In this document: positions 27,322 to 37,399 of the stretch, one piece after another | Layout of the letters: each line of letters opens with the position of its first letter | Numbering within the stretch: position 1 is the stretch's first letter | IMG/VR virus record: IMGVR_UViG_3300045988_123612 | DNA length: 64,000 nt | Source: a virus | Strand: one strand, 5' to 3' | Made by a program: the position numbers and the translations under genes | The notes under the pieces: generated by a model | Told to the model about the DNA's origin: nothing | Databases searched by the model: none | Seen by the model: only the letters and a program-made list of their open reading frames with translations

Positions 27322-28748
27322 GCCTTTATCTTATTATAATATTCGATAATCTTTTCTTTCCTGTCTCCTGGTTTTACTGCCATATTCTCAGCCAAGAACC
27401 TAAAATACGACACTGGTATGTCCTTGAATCTAATTCCTTCATATTTTCCAAACCACATTATTATACTGTCAAGATCGTCTTCTCTCCTACCATCTCCATT
27501 CACAGATTTAAGCGAGGCTGCCCGGCGAAGGATCTCGTCTTTGGTAATAATATCACCCATCCTTATATTAGACAGAAGTTGATCTCCGGCAAACATACAC
27601 CAGCCCTTAGAAGGGAATTGTTCGATTGTCAAGTCTTCTATCCGGCCGAAACGCCTCATGTTGTCGCAGCAATCAACTATCAGCGCCTCTTTCTTGTCAG
27701 GATGGATGCGGACGGCGCGGCCTAATATTTGGTAATAAGTTGAATATGAGAAAGTTGGGCGACCAAACATCACACAATCAAGTTCAGGAAAATCAAATCC
27801 GGTAGCAAGCGTTGAATAATTAAACACGACCTTTAACTTACCTTCTTTGAAATCGGATATGATTTGCTCTCTTTTCTTTTTGGTTGTTAGCGATGTTACG
27901 ACACCGGTTATGGCTCCCATCCTGGCATTCATGAACTCTGATATTCTATTACATGATTCAATAGAATCCATACATACCAAAATAGCCTTCCTCTCGTTCA
28001 TAAGCTGAAGAAGGCGTTTGTATATGGAGTTGTTTAAGCCATTTCGTACAATACTTTCTTTAATAGATTCGTTGGTGTATTCGGCTCCGGTACTGTTTAA
28101 CATCAGAGCCGATTCATCAAACGACCATCGTTCGTACTTAAGTGGACACCAAAACCCTTGAGAGGTTAGTTCTTGTATTTGTGTTACGTGAACTATCTTC
28201 TTAAAGAAATTATGCTCGTCTTTCGTCAGCATATTAAGTTTGCTGTAGTTCCCTTCCAGCATAGAACTGTAGGTCCGGAGGCGGCAGGGCGTGGCAGTGA
28301 AGCCCAGTACCTTCGCCTCTGGGAACTCGTTCATAAACTCCATAAATTCAGAACCTTCTTCTGGGGAATATCCTGAATGACATTCGTCTATCAATAAGGT
28401 ATCTATCCCTATATCCTTCAACCTCGCTATATCCTTCTTGATACTTTTCAATGTAGCATAAGTCATAGCTGACAGCTCCTTTACGCCACATGAAGCAGAA
28501 TATATAGTAGGCTCAGAACCGAACGATATAGCTTTTGCATAATTTTGTTCCAGAATCTCTTTTGAAGGTTGCAACACTAATGTCGGTCTATTAATCTCAT
28601 GCGCTATCTTGGATATCAGGAGGCTCTTTCCACATCCACATGGAGCTACTATTATGCCGGGCTTTCTTGACCTCCCTGTAAGAAACTTAAGCCCGGCATC
28701 TACCGCCTCTTTTTGGTAAGGTCTAAGTTCAAAGCCCACTGCAATCAA
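27318..28748 (-). CDS. SF2 DEAD/DEAH-box (ResIII-type) helicase
   Basis: Walker A APCGCGKS, DExH LLIDECHS, motif III FTATP, motif VI QILGRAVR. Confidence 0.7.
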   Translation of the reverse strand: MIAVGFELRPYQKEAVDAGLKFLTGRSRKPGIIVAPCGCGKSLLISKIAHEINRPTLVLQPSKEILEQNYAKAISFGSEPTIYSASCGVKELSAMTYATLKSIKKDIARLKDIGIDTLLIDECHSGYSPEEGSEFMEFMNEFPEAKVLGFTATPCRLRTYSSMLEGNYSKLNMLTKDEHNFFKKIVHVTQIQELTSQGFWCPLKYERWSFDESALMLNSTGAEYTNESIKESIVRNGLNNSIYKRLLQLMNERKAILVCMDSIESCNRISEFMNARMGAITGVVTSLTTKKKREQIISDFKEGKLKVVFNYSTLATGFDFPELDCVMFGRPTFSYSTYYQILGRAVRIHPDKKEALIVDCCDNMRRFGRIEDLTIEQFPSKGWCMFAGDQLLSNIRMGDIITKDEILRRAASLKSVNGDGRREDDLDSIIMWFGKYEGIRFKDIPVSYFRFLAENMAVKPGDRKEKIIEYYNKIKA

Positions 28749-29127
28749 TATTATAATTTTGTGCGTAAAATCTTATTTCTTTTACCATTATTTTTCTTGC
28801 TATTTCTATATCGTCTTCATCCAAGCATATATTACATTCTACATAATCGGGATACGATATAGTATTTGCATCTCCTATCGTGTATGCGCAACAATAATCA
28901 AACTCCGGCTCTTTAGCTACAGGAATAAAATCTTTATCATCCGCCTCGGATAAAGCGCAATACTCAGCTTCTGTTTCACACAATACAGTCAATTTTTCAA
29001 CTTTTATAGTTAGATTATTATCTTCGTAATGACCACTATAAAGCCATAACTCCTTCCCCTTGTTTTTGTAGAAGTCATCCAGTCTTTCCTTGATACTTTT
29101 CGCTTTTTTGATTTCAATCTTTTCCAT
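28729..29127 (-). CDS. hypothetical Cys-containing protein (132 aa)
   Basis: ORF overlapping helicase start. Confidence 0.4.
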   Translation of the reverse strand: MEKIEIKKAKSIKERLDDFYKNKGKELWLYSGHYEDNNLTIKVEKLTVLCETEAEYCALSEADDKDFIPVAKEPEFDYCCAYTIGDANTISYPDYVECNICLDEDDIEIARKIMVKEIRFYAQNYNIDCSGL

Positions 29128-29138
29128 GACATTTTTTT

Positions 29139-29447
29139 TTAATTAGTTATTAAAATATATCTTTTAACAATATCTTCAAGCTCCATAGAAAATAATAAAG
29201 TTGGGCTTTTTCCGTACTCGTACAGAGCGTACCCTTCCTTTATGTCTAATGTCTTAATCACATGCTTGCCTCTTTCAAATGGATCCATGAAGTAACCTTT
29301 GTATTCGTATCTTTGACCGACTTTTATCTTGTCGGTTTTCTTCTTCATCTTATACCGATCTATCGACCTGCTTATTTTTATAAGAGCCGTTACAAACAGG
29401 TATGATAATAAAAAGACCGCTGCTCCTGCTATCAATGCTTCTTTCAT
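29139..29447 (-). CDS. small membrane protein (102 aa)
   Basis: N-terminal TM helix AGAAVFLLSYLFVTALI. Confidence 0.4.
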   Translation of the reverse strand: MKEALIAGAAVFLLSYLFVTALIKISRSIDRYKMKKKTDKIKVGQRYEYKGYFMDPFERGKHVIKTLDIKEGYALYEYGKSPTLLFSMELEDIVKRYILITN

Positions 29448-29608
29448 TGGATTTCTTTTAAGTAGTTAAACCAAATAGCTTCAAGTTTCTCCTGGAACTC
29501 AAACGCCTTTTTAAAATTTCCGCACCGTACCGCCACGTTCCTCATCTCTTCAAGATATATGACTTCCGGATCTTGCCGGTATTTTGTTCTTAACTTTTGA
29601 ACGTCCTC
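29438..29608 (-). CDS. small ORF (56 aa)
   Basis: Hand-translated MKYEDVQKLRTKYRQDPEVIY...; fills gap between neighbours; below track threshold. Confidence 0.25.
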
Positions 29609-29613
29609 GTATT

Positions 29614-30633
29614 TCATCGATTTATCTTTTTAGACGGATCCCAATCTGAAGAGAAAGGGCATTCGTTTTTGTTATGTAATCCAAAGTCACAATAATAACA
29701 CAGTGCCGACGGGCAGGGTAGCTTGTTTTGCGAAACAGGCTGGCTTAGGGTGGCACGCCGCTTGCTATACCTGGCTCCTTCTGCTCCCTGGATGTACGCT
29801 TGAAATGATTTTACACTATTATCTTCAAAATCATACATTTTAGATAAAGTGTCATTTAGCATCTCTATAGATTTTGTTTTACGTTCCTCATCCACCTTAA
29901 CCTTTTGGTACTGCCTGGTTCTGGTAAAGAAATAGATGTTCATATCTGGTAGAACCCCACCATATTTTCTATAGATGTAAAACGAATATATAGGATGCTG
30001 TAAATTCGTTTCCAACTTCTTAGAATCAAAAACCTTATTCCCTGATTTCCAATCTATGACATAATGGTGAATTACGTTCTTGCTCTTTATAGCCAGATGA
30101 AGGTCTACTGATCCTACTATGTACACATGGGTATGAATTACCCCATTTATGTCAACTGGCTTAGGAAGGCGGTACGGTAGCACAAAATCTTCTTCGACTC
30201 CAACTATAGCGCCGTGTCTGATAAGTTTCTCACAAGGATTAAGATCACTATCAGCTATCATAAACCTATTGCCGTCTTTTTTAAACAGATCCACAATCCA
30301 AGCAAGAAGCTCCCCAGATTGTTTCATGGCTATCATCATATTTTCCGGTGATTGCCAAGGTATGTCTTCTTGGTAAGCATAGTAACTTATTGCTTCTCCA
30401 AGGTCTTTGCCAGAAGGCTGCCTTCCGTTCTTGAAGAAGTATTCCAGTGTCTTATGAATAACCGTACCATAAGACGTAGCTTCTTGTTTTTCTGTAGACC
30501 TTTTGCCCTCTACGTAAGTCTTATACCATTTCATTGGACAAGTAAGAAACGTATCTATCTGGGAATAAGAAATGGCAAGACGTTTCACACCATTAAACTC
30601 CTTATATAGCAAATGCGTTTCCGGGACCATCAT
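29614..30633 (-). CDS. Cas4/RecB-like PD-(D/E)XK exonuclease with Fe-S cysteines
   Basis: N-terminal Cys (CPMKW), motif II DLHLA, motif III VIDWKSG, QhxxY (QHPIYSFY), C-terminal CxxC...C triad (CPSALCYYCDFGLHNKNEC). Confidence 0.6.
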   Translation of the reverse strand: MMVPETHLLYKEFNGVKRLAISYSQIDTFLTCPMKWYKTYVEGKRSTEKQEATSYGTVIHKTLEYFFKNGRQPSGKDLGEAISYYAYQEDIPWQSPENMMIAMKQSGELLAWIVDLFKKDGNRFMIADSDLNPCEKLIRHGAIVGVEEDFVLPYRLPKPVDINGVIHTHVYIVGSVDLHLAIKSKNVIHHYVIDWKSGNKVFDSKKLETNLQHPIYSFYIYRKYGGVLPDMNIYFFTRTRQYQKVKVDEERKTKSIEMLNDTLSKMYDFEDNSVKSFQAYIQGAEGARYSKRRATLSQPVSQNKLPCPSALCYYCDFGLHNKNECPFSSDWDPSKKINR

Positions 30634-30989
30634 AAGCTATCGTCTTTAAATCCTTCTGGGTAATATACAACATATTTCTTGCCATCCTCCGGCGTCATGG
30701 CGAATTGCATGTAGTTATTACGATTACGATGTTTGCCATCCAATCCTCGTTTCCAATACAGTATCCCGTCTATATCCACATAAGATCGGCCTCGGTCGGC
30801 TCTAACTACGTCCGTGTGCAGCAGATACCCGTCGGAAGACACGATCCACACTTTATCCCCTTTGTTTAAATAGGATATTCTTTTTCTTACAACAACCTTT
30901 TTCTTATTATCTAATGCAAATTCCTCATCAGTCATACTCTTCATCCTCCTCTTCTTCTGTTTCAAAATCAATTCCATAACACTGATCAT
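30630..30989 (-). CDS. hypothetical protein (119 aa)
   Basis: ORF overlapping nuclease start by 4 nt. Confidence 0.4.
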   Translation of the reverse strand: MISVMELILKQKKRRMKSMTDEEFALDNKKKVVVRKRISYLNKGDKVWIVSSDGYLLHTDVVRADRGRSYVDIDGILYWKRGLDGKHRNRNNYMQFAMTPEDGKKYVVYYPEGFKDDSL

Positions 30990-31142
30990 AATGCTTGGTC
31001 AGTTCTTCTGGTTCTAAATCTTGTCCAAAATCCATGTTAAAAATATTGTAATTAGTAAAGCACTGTCCCTGCCGGTAGGAAATCTATAAATGCTGCTTTT
31101 GCTTCTTCAATTAGGCCCAAGTGTAACCTTGGGCCATTGTAT

Positions 31143-32843
31143 TTATTTTTTGTCATCTCCTTTTAACTTCTTTAAAGTATCTGCAATCGGAAGCTGATCA
31201 ATGACTCCCAATGCCGGAGCAACGGCCTTAACAACATTGTTAAGGAAATTACCGGTGCTGTTCTGACCGCCGTCAAATACCGTGATATTTCCGAGATTGA
31301 TGTGCTCGAACGCCTTAACCTGTTCTCCAGCAATTTCTTTCCACTGATTAACCATCTTGTACTGGATGGCGATCTGAGGATTGGATTCTGCTGCTTCCAC
31401 CATAGCCTTAAATCCGTCGGCTTCTGCCATCAACGACTTTTTCTTACCTTCGGCTTCCGCTTCCAGCTTCATCTGAATAGCTTTTGCTTCCGCCTCTGCT
31501 TTTGCCAAATGTGCTGCTGCTTCAGCATCGGCCCGGCGTTTGATCTTCTCGGCCTCGGCATCAGCTTGCAACATAGCCTCCTGCTTCTGAATTTCAGCCG
31601 GCACAATCTTTTCAGCTTTAAGCGCAGCTTGAACCTTCTTAGCTTTAGCTTCTTCCACTTCTTTATCAGCAAGCTCTTTTGCCGTTTTCACAGCCGCTTC
31701 CGATTTAACTTTCTCTTCTCCGGCTTTCTTTTCTGATTGAGCTTTGATAACCTGCAATTCTGATTCTGATACAGCAACCTCTTTCTGGGCATTGTTGTAG
31801 CCTACAGAAGCATTTTTCTCAGCCTCAGCTTTCTTAATCTGAGCTTCAGAGTCTTGTATTGCTATAGCTGCTTGTTTGTCAGCTTCAGCTTTATTCTTTC
31901 CAACTTCTTCCATTCTTTCGGCTTCAGCTTTGTTTACTTCAAGTTCCGCCTTAGATCTTGCAATCGCTGATTCCTTGTCAGCCAAAGTCTTTGCTATAGC
32001 CGCAGCCCTATCTCTATCGGCTTGAGCTACACCGATCTGTTTTTCTTTATCGGTTAAAGCCAAAGCTACTTCTTTTTCTTTCTTTGTTTCAGCTACTACC
32101 GTTTCTTTTTCTTTTTCAGTATAGGCAATTTGAATCTCTTGTTCTTTTTGGGTATTAGCTACAGCCGTTTCTTTTTCCTTCTGTTGTACAGCAATCTTAA
32201 TAGCACCCAGCTTTTCCTGTTCTTCGATATTAGCCTGTGCTTCGTTCAGAGCCTTGCTTTCAGCCTCTTTACCAAGATTCATGATGTAGCCGGCTTCATC
32301 TCTGATGTCACTGATGTTAATGTTCAAAAGATAAAGACCCAATTTATTAAGTTCGTTATCAATGTTTTTTCTTGCCTTATCCAAAAACTCATCCCTATCA
32401 GAATTAAGTTTTTCGATTGTCATTTCGGCAATAATCAAACGCATCTGACCGTAAACGATGTCTGTAATAAGATTTTCAGTAGATTCGGTATCCATCCCCA
32501 AAAGTCTTTCTGCTGCATTTTGCATGATTTCAGGATTTGTACTGATAGCTACTGTAATAGTTGTAGGCACATCTACTCTAATATTCTGAGATGACAAAGC
32601 ACCGGTAAGCCTACAATCTATTTGCATAGGCTCCATAGATAAAATATCATAGCTTTGGATAATAGGCAACACGAATGCTGCTCCACCATGATATAATTTC
32701 GCCGATTTCTTCTCTCCACCTGTCTTACCATAAACGACCAAGACCTGATTAGGCTTACATCTACGATACCTTGATAAGACTCCGATGATTGTCAAAATAA
32801 TCACTACAGCTAAGATGGCTGACACGTACATAATTGTTGTCAT
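31143..32843 (-). CDS. SPFH/band-7 flotillin-like protein
   Basis: N-terminal TM helix, SPFH core, then >250 aa Ala/Glu/Lys repeat coiled coil typical of flotillin/YqiK. Confidence 0.65.
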   Translation of the reverse strand: MTTIMYVSAILAVVIILTIIGVLSRYRRCKPNQVLVVYGKTGGEKKSAKLYHGGAAFVLPIIQSYDILSMEPMQIDCRLTGALSSQNIRVDVPTTITVAISTNPEIMQNAAERLLGMDTESTENLITDIVYGQMRLIIAEMTIEKLNSDRDEFLDKARKNIDNELNKLGLYLLNINISDIRDEAGYIMNLGKEAESKALNEAQANIEEQEKLGAIKIAVQQKEKETAVANTQKEQEIQIAYTEKEKETVVAETKKEKEVALALTDKEKQIGVAQADRDRAAAIAKTLADKESAIARSKAELEVNKAEAERMEEVGKNKAEADKQAAIAIQDSEAQIKKAEAEKNASVGYNNAQKEVAVSESELQVIKAQSEKKAGEEKVKSEAAVKTAKELADKEVEEAKAKKVQAALKAEKIVPAEIQKQEAMLQADAEAEKIKRRADAEAAAHLAKAEAEAKAIQMKLEAEAEGKKKSLMAEADGFKAMVEAAESNPQIAIQYKMVNQWKEIAGEQVKAFEHINLGNITVFDGGQNSTGNFLNNVVKAVAPALGVIDQLPIADTLKKLKGDDKK

Positions 32844-32875
32844 AACTTTTAAAATTTAATTGTTGATAAAAAAAA

Positions 32876-33370
32876 TTAGATAATTAATTCTCCTTCTTCG
32901 TATTTTATATTCACCTTGTCACCGTTTTTGTAAGTTTTTCCAGACAAGCATCTTACTCTCATTTGCTCCTGTCTTCCATTTTTCGAAATATTTACCATAT
33001 AATGATTCTTCCCTGATCTAAACACTATCTCCACCTCTCTGCCATTTAAATCTTCCGGACATTCGTACACCATTTCTTGCTTTAACTTAAGAAGTAACTT
33101 ATATACGTAAAACAAAACGATAAAGAAAAACGACCCTATCACAACCCCTACTAAATGGGAACCCGAAAAGTAGGTAGTCCAGCTATATCCAAGAATAAAA
33201 TGTGTTATGCCCTTGAATGATATGATGTCCGACAAAGACATACTTAAATCAGAAGCATCATCAATATCAATATCCGTATCCAGATCAGATCCTAATATCG
33301 ACAACAAAAACTGTATAACAAAAGCAAATGACGCTATTAAAGCCATGCATAAAATTATGTCACTTCCCAT
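32876..33370 (-). CDS. NfeD-like membrane protein (flotillin partner)
   Basis: Multiple TM helices then C-terminal OB-fold-like soluble domain; immediately upstream of flotillin gene, as in bacterial nfeD-flotillin operons. Confidence 0.5.
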   Translation of the reverse strand: MGSDIILCMALIASFAFVIQFLLSILGSDLDTDIDIDDASDLSMSLSDIISFKGITHFILGYSWTTYFSGSHLVGVVIGSFFFIVLFYVYKLLLKLKQEMVYECPEDLNGREVEIVFRSGKNHYMVNISKNGRQEQMRVRCLSGKTYKNGDKVNIKYEEGELII

Positions 33371-33611
33371 ATCCTTCTGTTATTATTTTGTAAACAAGAT
33401 CAGTCATATCTTTGATGGTCTCCATATCATAATCATTAATAACAATATTGAATTTTTGTTCCACCATCATTTCCAGTTCAATTTGATCGATAGAATCTAA
33501 TCCAAGTTCTTTAAACGTCACATCTTCTTCATGAACTATATCTATTTCCGAATTAAGAAACTGAGTAATAATTATATCCTCTATTATCTTTCTGATTCTT
33601 ACTTTTTCCAT
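33360..33611 (-). CDS. acyl carrier protein-like (83 aa)
   Basis: Phosphopantetheine-attachment motif LGLDSIDQIELEM with conserved Ser; acidic 4-helix size. Confidence 0.5.
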   Translation of the reverse strand: MEKVRIRKIIEDIIITQFLNSEIDIVHEEDVTFKELGLDSIDQIELEMMVEQKFNIVINDYDMETIKDMTDLVYKIITEGYGK

Positions 33612-34312
33612 TGCTTTCTAATTTTGTTAAATAAATACGTTTTTATGTTTTTCAATCGCTCTTTGTCTGTTTCAGAACTTCCGGTAAACAAATAATCCGG
33701 ATTGCCTTTAGCCGGCGGCGTAGGCAATTTAGATACGGCAAACAACCAATCCATTTCCTTATTCTTCTTAGACTCCAAATAAGGCTCGGTAGCGATCTTA
33801 AATTTTTCAGCTATTAAGTCAAAGAGCTTTGAATTTTTAAGGTTCATATGGACCGAAAAGGCCTGAGAAGGCGGTTTCCATATGAAGTTACATAAGCTCA
33901 TTGTATAATCTCCTGACTCTGCTATATAAGATTCCGTTACCTGAAGTATGACCTCTTTCTTGAATGAGGTGTTACCCATAAACCAACACAACCTGGATTC
34001 CGCTTCTTTTCTGCTGACACCTATGTCTTTTGAATACGATTCGTACATTCCTATCATAATCTTCAACGTTTCCAGAACCTCGTCTGTCATCTCCGGTGTC
34101 TCTATATAATTCACAAAAGACGTTCCTTTGTTGGTCAATCTCATCACGCCTGATTTTAATTTCTCAACCAGGCCAAGCTCTATATACCTCCCAGCATCTT
34201 TTTCCAGCATGGCTTCGATCATAACCGTATCCTTCTGTCTTATAGCAAGAAGATTAGCCAGATCATTAGGAGTCATGTCTGATGCTGCAAGTTGTCTGAA
34301 ATTGATGTACAT
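33599..34312 (-). CDS. hypothetical protein (237 aa)
   Basis: ORF coupled to ACP gene. Confidence 0.45.
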   Translation of the reverse strand: MYINFRQLAASDMTPNDLANLLAIRQKDTVMIEAMLEKDAGRYIELGLVEKLKSGVMRLTNKGTSFVNYIETPEMTDEVLETLKIMIGMYESYSKDIGVSRKEAESRLCWFMGNTSFKKEVILQVTESYIAESGDYTMSLCNFIWKPPSQAFSVHMNLKNSKLFDLIAEKFKIATEPYLESKKNKEMDWLFAVSKLPTPPAKGNPDYLFTGSSETDKERLKNIKTYLFNKIRKQWKK

Positions 34313-34314
34313 GC

Positions 34315-34524
34315 CTAATCAGCTTTAATAAAAATAACATCCTTACCATCCTCCCTCTCTACGTGATTACACGGGCCTGCGACTACATCTACCGACCCGC
34401 ATGTAATGTGGTCATTAAATATACATCCTTCACATCCTAAGTCTGGCTCTGGAGCATCCACACATTTTAATCTCACAAGTCCGGCATCAAACACTTCTCC
34501 TACTTTAAATTCCTTCTTTTCCAT
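34315..34524 (-). CDS. hypothetical Cys-rich small protein (69 aa)
   Basis: CxxxxxC ... CxxC spacing. Confidence 0.35.
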   Translation of the reverse strand: MEKKEFKVGEVFDAGLVRLKCVDAPEPDLGCEGCIFNDHITCGSVDVVAGPCNHVEREDGKDVIFIKAD

Positions 34525-34539
34525 ATTTCCTCCTTGTTT

Positions 34540-35142
34540 TTAACTGTTGTACCCTTCTTTGATAATCGAATTTCTACCGGTAGATACCGACTGTCGAAGA
34601 TCGTCATGTACAGAATCTACCGTAGAATACTTGTTTCTGGTTGTAAAAATCACTTCCAGCATCTCCTTGTAATCACCTAAAGCTACTTCATATCTCGGAT
34701 CTACTTTGGCTTTTCTTTCGGCCTCGGCATTACTCTTAGCCAGCTCTCGGTCAAGAAGATCTTCTTTGATTCGGTCAGCAATCATATCAAGTTCTTTTTT
34801 TATAACTTCTCCTGCTGCCCGAAGTTGACCTTCTACGTCGCCAAGCTGATCTTGGACGGTTCCTATTTCTTTCTTTAGGCGATCGTATTCGTTAATCATA
34901 CCCATATCACCTGCATAGCCGGAAAAGTCCTTGATTATTCTGGTTCCTTCTTTAAGGAGTTCAATAACTCGTCTTTTACGTTCTCTGCTTATTAAAGACG
35001 GAAGACGATAATTCATATCCGCCACCGCCTTATCATGTATGGAGTTGATTAAAAACATCTCTCTTTCATCCCCTGCAAACTCAGTAAGAACCAAAAGGAA
35101 CTTACTTATCAGGTATTCGTTTTCTTCTACTGTTAGTCTCAT
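34540..35142 (-). CDS. hypothetical protein (200 aa)
   Basis: ORF in minus block. Confidence 0.45.
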   Translation of the reverse strand: MRLTVEENEYLISKFLLVLTEFAGDEREMFLINSIHDKAVADMNYRLPSLISRERKRRVIELLKEGTRIIKDFSGYAGDMGMINEYDRLKKEIGTVQDQLGDVEGQLRAAGEVIKKELDMIADRIKEDLLDRELAKSNAEAERKAKVDPRYEVALGDYKEMLEVIFTTRNKYSTVDSVHDDLRQSVSTGRNSIIKEGYNS

Positions 35143-35157
35143 GGTTCTTATTTTTTT

Positions 35158-36291
35158 TTAATACAATGACTGTTCTTCCTTTGTCTCTTGTTCTTGATCT
35201 TGATTGTTCGTAACGTCTTCCACAGTATAGAGCTTGGGCGGCGTCGGCGGCTGGTTGGGGTTCACGAACTTCGTCCCGCCCTCCCCGTACATCCATCCAT
35301 GTCCCGGCAGTATCTCTGGGTGGATTGTATTAGTAAGCTCTTCCATACTAACTTGCCTTACCTTCAGTATATGATGAAACACCAGTCCGGCTGTCCTGAA
35401 TGATGTTTTGTTTTCAGTTTTAAACCTATCAAGAGTCTGATACCAATCTTTCCCAAATATCATATACTTATCCAGCCCGTACCTACGAGGATTGTGCAAG
35501 CCTATCATTAACGTACATAACTGACCCAGCGTATCAGACTGGTAAAAATCAGAAAGACGCGGAGGCTGCTCTTGTGGGCTTTTTATCCTTCCTTCTATTT
35601 CTCTGTTGAATTGGGATATGATGAGGAAAAATATGTTTTTATATACTAATTTAGCTTCGTTCATAACCGCCACCAAATCATCTATAGCCGACTTAGGATC
35701 TAATCCCATTCTTTTTATCAAAGCAATATGATCGACTTTAAATATTATAAGACGTTTGTCTTTATGTTTGGTAGCTATATGATACACAGCCGCCTCAAAC
35801 TCTTTTACCGTACACGGAGCATCGATGTATATTATATTATTTCTGATTTCACCTTGAAGGATTTCAAACATCCTCATCTCTTCTACTGTATTAGAATCTT
35901 GCCTTCTTAATATTTCAGGAGCCCGCTTTTTCATATCCTGGCTCATTCTGCGAAGAAGAAGATCTTGAGGATTCATTTCGAACTCGCAATTAACAAGAAA
36001 ATAATCTTCTGCTTGCGGGTTGATCATCGGATTCATCACATTTTCCAATATCTTTTGGGCCACATACGATTTACCTACAGATGGCCGGGCTCCTATGGCA
36101 ATAGCATGCTGAGGGAAAATACCTCCAAGCAAAGCCTCATCAATATAATCGTATCCGGTTTTAGCGGGGATAAGCTCTCCCCGCCTGTATTTCAAGATAT
36201 TCTCATACGCCTCTTCCATAACTTGTTTAGAGGTCTTGAATATCCTTCTTATATCTATCCTATTTGCTATCTCCTCTTGCATTTTTGTCAC
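35158..36291 (-). CDS. DnaB-like replicative helicase (RecA-fold C-terminal domain)
   Basis: GYDYIDEALLGGIFPQHAIAIGARPSVGKSYVAQ (DnaB Walker A context), Walker B LIIFKVDHI. Confidence 0.6.
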   Translation of the reverse strand: MTKMQEEIANRIDIRRIFKTSKQVMEEAYENILKYRRGELIPAKTGYDYIDEALLGGIFPQHAIAIGARPSVGKSYVAQKILENVMNPMINPQAEDYFLVNCEFEMNPQDLLLRRMSQDMKKRAPEILRRQDSNTVEEMRMFEILQGEIRNNIIYIDAPCTVKEFEAAVYHIATKHKDKRLIIFKVDHIALIKRMGLDPKSAIDDLVAVMNEAKLVYKNIFFLIISQFNREIEGRIKSPQEQPPRLSDFYQSDTLGQLCTLMIGLHNPRRYGLDKYMIFGKDWYQTLDRFKTENKTSFRTAGLVFHHILKVRQVSMEELTNTIHPEILPGHGWMYGEGGTKFVNPNQPPTPPKLYTVEDVTNNQDQEQETKEEQSLY

Positions 36292-36538
36292 CTTTCGTAT
36301 CCGACTTGGATCCCCTATTAGCTTTTACTGATTTATACCTAAGACCGTTCTTGGTATGAGAACAATCCTTGCCTTTCCTCCAGCCCTTGCCCTTCTTCTT
36401 GTCCGTTTCGTAGTTTTTACGACCAAGCTCCCGGCGTTTGGCTTTCTGTTCCGGTCTGGCATTTATCTCCTTGTCCTTTTTAGCCTTTTTCTTCCTGGCT
36501 TCTGGATGAGTCCTGTAGTACTCTGTTGATCTGCCCAT
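36260..36538 (-). CDS. highly basic Lys/Arg-rich small protein (92 aa)
   Basis: About 40 percent K/R; possible nucleic-acid binding. Confidence 0.35.
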   Translation of the reverse strand: MGRSTEYYRTHPEARKKKAKKDKEINARPEQKAKRRELGRKNYETDKKKGKGWRKGKDCSHTKNGLRYKSVKANRGSKSDTKGDKNARGDSK

Positions 36539-36590
36539 GTGCTTATATTTTTTTTGATTAATAATAGCACAAAGATAGGCAATTCGCGCC

Positions 36591-37157
36591 CTATTTCAAC
36601 CTGCCGTAGCTCATATCAGGATCACACCAGACATACCCATCTTTCTCATCATGGAGATACTCAGGACATCCTCTACATGCGCTACTTCCTGACACTATTT
36701 GATTGTTCTTATTAGGGCACTTATCTCCAGGCTTATGCCATTCTATTCTCGAACCTGATCGTTCTTTGTTTACATGACAGAACTGAAAGACTTTTCCCAT
36801 CGTCTTCTCGCCAAACATACCTATATGTGTGTACTCTTCCGGTATAGATAGAAATTCAGATAAATCTTTATACATCCTTTCCCGTTCCTCCGGCGTAGAC
36901 CATAATCTGTCAAGTTCGGCATGGACTCTTATCTTAAGAGACCTCAGTGATGGCCCCGCAAGCCGGCCTTTAGCTTTTCCCTTATTCGGCCCTGATTCAT
37001 GAACACCGACATAAGCGTTGCATGGTTTGCACATCATAACCATCCCTAAGCCTTTTCTGCTATATATTTTATCGGCATTTACCAGCTCAGTTTCTCTTCC
37101 GCAATAAGGACAAATTTCGCCTCTTAAAACCCGTTGTTGGCGCTCATTAAGTTCCAT
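36591..37157 (-). CDS. Zn-ribbon protein (188 aa)
   Basis: CPYCG...CKPCN and C-terminal CRGC. Confidence 0.4.
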   Translation of the reverse strand: MELNERQQRVLRGEICPYCGRETELVNADKIYSRKGLGMVMMCKPCNAYVGVHESGPNKGKAKGRLAGPSLRSLKIRVHAELDRLWSTPEERERMYKDLSEFLSIPEEYTHIGMFGEKTMGKVFQFCHVNKERSGSRIEWHKPGDKCPNKNNQIVSGSSACRGCPEYLHDEKDGYVWCDPDMSYGRLK

Positions 37158-37399
37158 ACCCTATTCTTTTGTTTTTCTTTAAACTTTTCATACAAACTGC
37201 TTTCAGTTTCCATTTCTGAGATCTCTACCTCTACGTCCTCTCTTTTGAAAATTACTTTCTTGGCTGTCGGATACGCACATTTAGAGATACGAATAGCATT
37301 ACGAATAGCGTAAACAAAATACGTTTCTGGTGACGATTCGATCACCACTACCTCATTTAAAGTATTTTTATAATTTTCCATATTATCTGCTTGCTTCAA
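37124..37399 (-). CDS. hypothetical protein (91 aa)
   Basis: ORF in minus block. Confidence 0.35.
   Translation of the reverse strand: MKQADNMENYKNTLNEVVVIESSPETYFVYAIRNAIRISKCAYPTAKKVIFKREDVEVEISEMETESSLYEKFKEKQKNRVWNLMSANNGF

Noticed and set aside
31430-32120. Highly repetitive DNA (GCTTCAGC/GCTTTAGC periodicity) that could be mistaken for a CRISPR-like or tandem repeat array
   Set aside because: It lies inside the flotillin ORF and encodes the Ala/Glu/Lys coiled-coil repeat. Periodicity is irregular, with no spacer/repeat alternation.
31302-32594. Plus-strand track ORFs 31302..31736, 32130..32594 and similar antisense ORFs (40509..41027, 41720..42247, 43848..44273, 53365..53673, 56796..57068, 60783..61094)
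   Set aside because: They are antisense to well-supported minus-strand genes in a uniformly minus-oriented block. Their sequences are Phe/Leu/Ser-rich mirror images of AT-rich coding DNA and they have no RBS.
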